Below the pieces are notes generated by a model, which made no database searches, had not been told where the DNA came from, and saw nothing but the letters and a program-made list of their open reading frames with translations. Shown in pieces: positions 60,854-64,000 of a stretch of DNA of 64,000 nucleotides (positions are counted from its first letter, which is position 1; each line of letters begins with the position of its first letter). The position numbers and the translations under genes were made by a program. The stretch is from Archaeoglobaceae archaeon (lineage in GTDB: Archaea; Halobacteriota; Archaeoglobi; Archaeoglobales; Archaeoglobaceae). The stretch lies in assembly GCA_038866255.1 (NCBI GenBank), contig JAWBZL010000002.1:7744-71743 (forward strand), read 5' to 3'.

Positions 60854-62125
60854 TTAAAAAATCTTATCTCTAAATCTCGAAAGGAGGAGGATTGCAACAA
60901 AGAAAACGATTAATGGAACTAAAGCAATTTCAAAGCCAATCTTTTTTTCAATGTCATCAATTATGAAATTTGCGACCTCAGCACTTTCTATGATCACCCC
61001 AATTTCTCTGTTCAACTTTAAACCATACATGTTCATATTTGCAGAGGTTATCAATACCTTGTCATCTACAACTATCGCTTTTCCGTGGAGATTTTGAACT
61101 TTTTTTACTTCAATCCCCTCATCAATCAAAATGTCCGCTTCTTTTGGAGCTTCATCAAGTATAACAACAACTTTTCCCCTCTTTTTCGCCTCTTTCAAAG
61201 CTACGAGGAGACTTTCGTTGTCAAACCATTCAAATCCGATGTATGGTGCGATGATGTAAACTCTTTTCTTTGCAGACTTTATGAAATCCAGCACCGGATT
61301 GCAGTCGGGCATTATGAGCAGTGTGACATTTGCCGTAAATTCAATGCTTTTACCCTTGCCTTCTTTGCTTTCTACTCCTTGCCCAGAGCAAGTTTCTTTC
61401 TTAATCAGAAATCTTTTATCATATTCAAGTAATTCGCTCAGAACTTTAGCAAATTTTTCACTCTCAAAATGCACGATGTAGCCTTTTTTTGTAAAAACCC
61501 AGTTTTCTGTTGTGATCACGACTTCATTTCCCTTTAAACCAAACTTGTAGTGAAAATTCCTATAGGAGCCAGAGAGATGATTTGCATCAATTCCACAGCG
61601 TGTTCCAGCTTTTGCATCCACATAAAGCTCATTTGGTTCAAATTTTGCGAAAAAATTGTAGCTTGCAATTCTAAATCCTTCAGCGGTGAAATTTGTGGGG
61701 GTTATTATCAATTTCCCCCTTAAAAAATCGCTTACACAGCTAAAATTGCTCCAGTTTTCGTATTTAAAATCCCATTTTTGTCTTCTGAAGTAAACGACAC
61801 CTTCATCGAGAAATTGTATGTCCTTGCCGTAATGAAAGCAATCCTTACCCTCTCTTGACATTATGCAAATTTCTTCTCCTTTATTTGACAGTGAAAAGTT
61901 TTTTAATTCTATCAGTTCACCGAGAGGTTCAAATTTGTTTAAAAAGGCTGAGGAGTTCTTTGTAATTGTAAAAAATCCGCTATTCAACTGTATTTCATTT
62001 TCCCCTTCTCTTAAAATGCATAAATCAGGGCAATAAAGCTTCAGGTATTCTGCATCATCGCTGCCAAATGGATTTGGGCAAGTTTCAAGAAGAAGAGCTA
62101 AACTAAGAATTAGAAGAAAGTTCAT
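60854..62125 (-). CDS. Signal-peptide / lamin-tail-domain / single-HKD phospholipase D-like (Nuc-type) protein with a C-terminal TM anchor
   Basis: 423 aa; signal [13 protein letters not shown]; LTD-like [17 protein letters not shown]; HKD motif [21 protein letters not shown]; C-terminal [20 protein letters not shown]. Confidence 0.75.
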   Translation of the reverse strand: MNFLLILSLALLLETCPNPFGSDDAEYLKLYCPDLCILREGENEIQLNSGFFTITKNSSAFLNKFEPLGELIELKNFSLSNKGEEICIMSREGKDCFHYGKDIQFLDEGVVYFRRQKWDFKYENWSNFSCVSDFLRGKLIITPTNFTAEGFRIASYNFFAKFEPNELYVDAKAGTRCGIDANHLSGSYRNFHYKFGLKGNEVVITTENWVFTKKGYIVHFESEKFAKVLSELLEYDKRFLIKKETCSGQGVESKEGKGKSIEFTANVTLLIMPDCNPVLDFIKSAKKRVYIIAPYIGFEWFDNESLLVALKEAKKRGKVVVILDEAPKEADILIDEGIEVKKVQNLHGKAIVVDDKVLITSANMNMYGLKLNREIGVIIESAEVANFIIDDIEKKIGFEIALVPLIVFFVAILLLSRFRDKIF

Positions 62126-63029
62126 TCCTCAGTTCGCCAATTTTTGCAACCCTCTCAGCTACTACGTTGTGCTGATGGATGCTCTCTTCATTTTCTTGTC
62201 TCAAAAAAACCAGTATGTCATTTGGGGCGTTAGGATACGCTTTTAGTAGCTCTACAGCCATTTTTCGCACACTATCTTCGACAAACATTGGATTTTTGTG
62301 TGCCATTTCAACAACTTCAAGTTCATCTTCACGCTTTAGAATTTCGAATGTTTCGAAGCTCATTCCTGCTTTTGCAATTTCTATAAGCTTCATTATCGAA
62401 ACCCTGAAATCCTCTCTTACCTGAATTTTTATCCTTGCTTTTCCTCGCTGATTGTGTGAAGCAATTGGAATTGTCTCAATAATTTTCTGGACTTCCTCAT
62501 TTTTAAACCCCATTTCGCGAAGTCTTTCAACAGTTCTTGCCTTTACTAACTCCTGAGCGCATGGACAGGCAGTGATCCCAGTAACTTCTGCACCAACAAA
62601 GGTCATAAATTCACCATTTTTGGTTGTAACAGTATCTGCAAATATTTTTATCACTTCTTGAGTTCTCTGGAAGCTTTTTGGTGAGAATTTGCGCATTATA
62701 AAATCTGAAATCATTGAAACCTCAGCTTTTGTTGCGTATTCGTGTTTTTCAAGCAGATTTTTTGCTATTTTAACAACAAGATCTTCTATGTTCTCTATTG
62801 GCTGAGCTGTAAGATTTTCAATTACCTCATCTATAACCTCAAAATTTCTGCTCAGACTTACACCTTTTAGATGCGAAGGCAAATCCACAAACACGTCGAA
62901 GTTTGAAATTAAAATAATGGGTCTTTTGCCCCTTCTCAGAACCTGAACAAGTTTTTTTATCCCAGTTGCTCCAACTCTGCTCAATTCTATCGGGAATTGG
63001 GGTTTGTTGAGCTGGATGTCGGGTAGCAT
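62103..63029 (-). CDS. mptA: GTP cyclohydrolase MptA (FolE2/GCYH-IB family; methanopterin pterin branch)
   Basis: 308 aa; MLPDIQ..., [31 protein letters not shown] motifs. Confidence 0.85.
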   Translation of the reverse strand: MLPDIQLNKPQFPIELSRVGATGIKKLVQVLRRGKRPIILISNFDVFVDLPSHLKGVSLSRNFEVIDEVIENLTAQPIENIEDLVVKIAKNLLEKHEYATKAEVSMISDFIMRKFSPKSFQRTQEVIKIFADTVTTKNGEFMTFVGAEVTGITACPCAQELVKARTVERLREMGFKNEEVQKIIETIPIASHNQRGKARIKIQVREDFRVSIMKLIEIAKAGMSFETFEILKREDELEVVEMAHKNPMFVEDSVRKMAVELLKAYPNAPNDILVFLRQENEESIHQHNVVAERVAKIGELRNELSSNS

Positions 63030-63067
63030 AAAATCGGTCTCATTGCTAAGATTTCAAAATTTCGGTT

Positions 63068-64000
63068 TTAGTAAACCTCGAGCGTGTCAACTTCATCGAA
63101 AACCCCTATTATCTTGTAAAAAGTTGTAACTTCTTTTAGATCTTGTGCATCCTCCTCGCTCAGTGGAGCCTCTACCTCGGTGAAGAAAACGTAATCTCCG
63201 AGCCCAGTTTTTGCGGGACGTGATTCAAGTTTTCTTAGGTTAAAACCCTTTTTATAAAACACTTCAAGCACACTCTTTAACGCTCCAGGTTTATCTTCAA
63301 CTGCAAAGAAAAGAGAAGTTATTCTTCCCCTCATTTTTCCAGTTTTTCTTCTGATTAGGTAAAATCTCGTTATGTTTCTCTCCTTGAGATCTTGGATCCC
63401 CTTACGCAAAATGCAAAGTTTATATAGCTTTGCTGCATTCTCGGAAACAATTGCTACAGAGAAGTCGTCAAGCAACCTTATTGCATCGCTTGTTGAGGAA
63501 GTATACCTTATTTCAGCGTTCGGCAGATAATTGTTTATGAAACCCATACACTGGGCAATTGCTTGGGGATGAGAATAGACAACCTTCACATCTCCGAACT
63601 TCAAATCCCTTTTCGCAACTATGCAGTGATTCACTTCGAGATTTGTTTCACCAAAAACCTCAACCTCGTGACTCATCAACGCATCCAGAACTGGTAAGAC
63701 TGTGCCATTTACGGAGTTTTCAATTGGAACAATTCCATAGTCAACTTCTCCCTTTTCTACAAGCTTTATTATCTCATCCGTTGTTGCACAGTAACGCAAA
63801 GGCAATCGCGAACCCACGAGTCTGAGTGCAATCTCATCGCTGAAGCTGCCTTTTGGACCAAGAACTGCTACGGTCTTTTTTATACCAATCATGGAATATT
63901 CTTCCTCTTTTGTTAGCTTCATAATATTTGCAAATATCTCTTCAAGGCGAAGAGGGTTTAGTTTTGTTCTTTTTAGCAGTTCTCTGATCTTCTCGTCTTC
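63068..64000 (-). CDS. pheA: Prephenate dehydratase with ACT domain, fused upstream to a chorismate-mutase-like segment; 5' end beyond the window
   Basis: PDT: VAVLGPKGSFSDE, PIENSVNGTV; ACT: TSLFFAVEDKPGAL. Frame stays open upstream of ATG 63922 to position 64000 (EDEKIRELLKRTKLNPLRLEEIFANIMKL), resembling an AroQ CM C-terminal helix. Confidence 0.8.
   Translation of the reverse strand, partial: EDEKIRELLKRTKLNPLRLEEIFANIMKLTKEEEYSMIGIKKTVAVLGPKGSFSDEIALRLVGSRLPLRYCATTDEIIKLVEKGEVDYGIVPIENSVNGTVLPVLDALMSHEVEVFGETNLEVNHCIVAKRDLKFGDVKVVYSHPQAIAQCMGFINNYLPNAEIRYTSSTSDAIRLLDDFSVAIVSENAAKLYKLCILRKGIQDLKERNITRFYLIRRKTGKMRGRITSLFFAVEDKPGALKSVLEVFYKKGFNLRKLESRPAKTGLGDYVFFTEVEAPLSEEDAQDLKEVTTFYKIIGVFDEVDTLEVY

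Overview
This window reads as a gene-dense core region of a euryarchaeal chromosome. All calls come from reading the translations and recalling family motifs; no database search or numerical computation was run.

Lineage: it is most likely an Archaeoglobales-like organism, which is an inference. The supporting evidence is a split rpoB (B''/B'), methanopterin genes (mptG, mptA) and an F420 gene (cofC) alongside beta-oxidation genes, a form III RuBisCO, gyrase and an archaeal histone.

Content: I can support about 75 protein genes, one tRNA-Glu(CUC), one decayed surface-protein gene and several BRE/TATA promoters.
- The classic rpoH-rpoB''-rpoB'-rpoA'-rpoA''-L30e-NusA-S12-S7-EF2 superoperon lies on the minus strand (2194-13456).
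- The S19e-L39e-L31e-aIF6-prefoldin-FtsY translation cluster lies on the plus strand (43237-47272). It includes a 50-aa L39e gene that is missing from the supplied ORF track.
- Two genes run off the window ends. A UbiD-family gene covers 1-971 and a chorismate mutase/prephenate dehydratase fusion covers 63068-64000.

Not found: CRISPR arrays, transposases, integrases, or a convincing multi-gene defence or mobile island.

Novelty: what I can support is limited to single-gene or gene-pair oddities.
- An ATP-cone::PD-(D/E)xK nuclease fusion, plus a small paralog carrying the same EIDV[IV]AERG core.
- A ferredoxin-like 8-Cys insertion in primase PriL.
- An orphan FlaI/PilB-type ATPase translationally coupled to a DUF488 gene.
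- A CBS::ParB/Srx fusion.
- A lamin-tail::HKD (PLD/Nuc-like) membrane-anchored protein.
- A short SAHH-fold paralog with substituted catalytic motifs.
- A histidine-less, ATPase-less PAS-GAF sensor.
- A frameshifted surface protein with an archaeosortase-like C-terminal tail.
- A long structured leader in front of the RNA polymerase operon.
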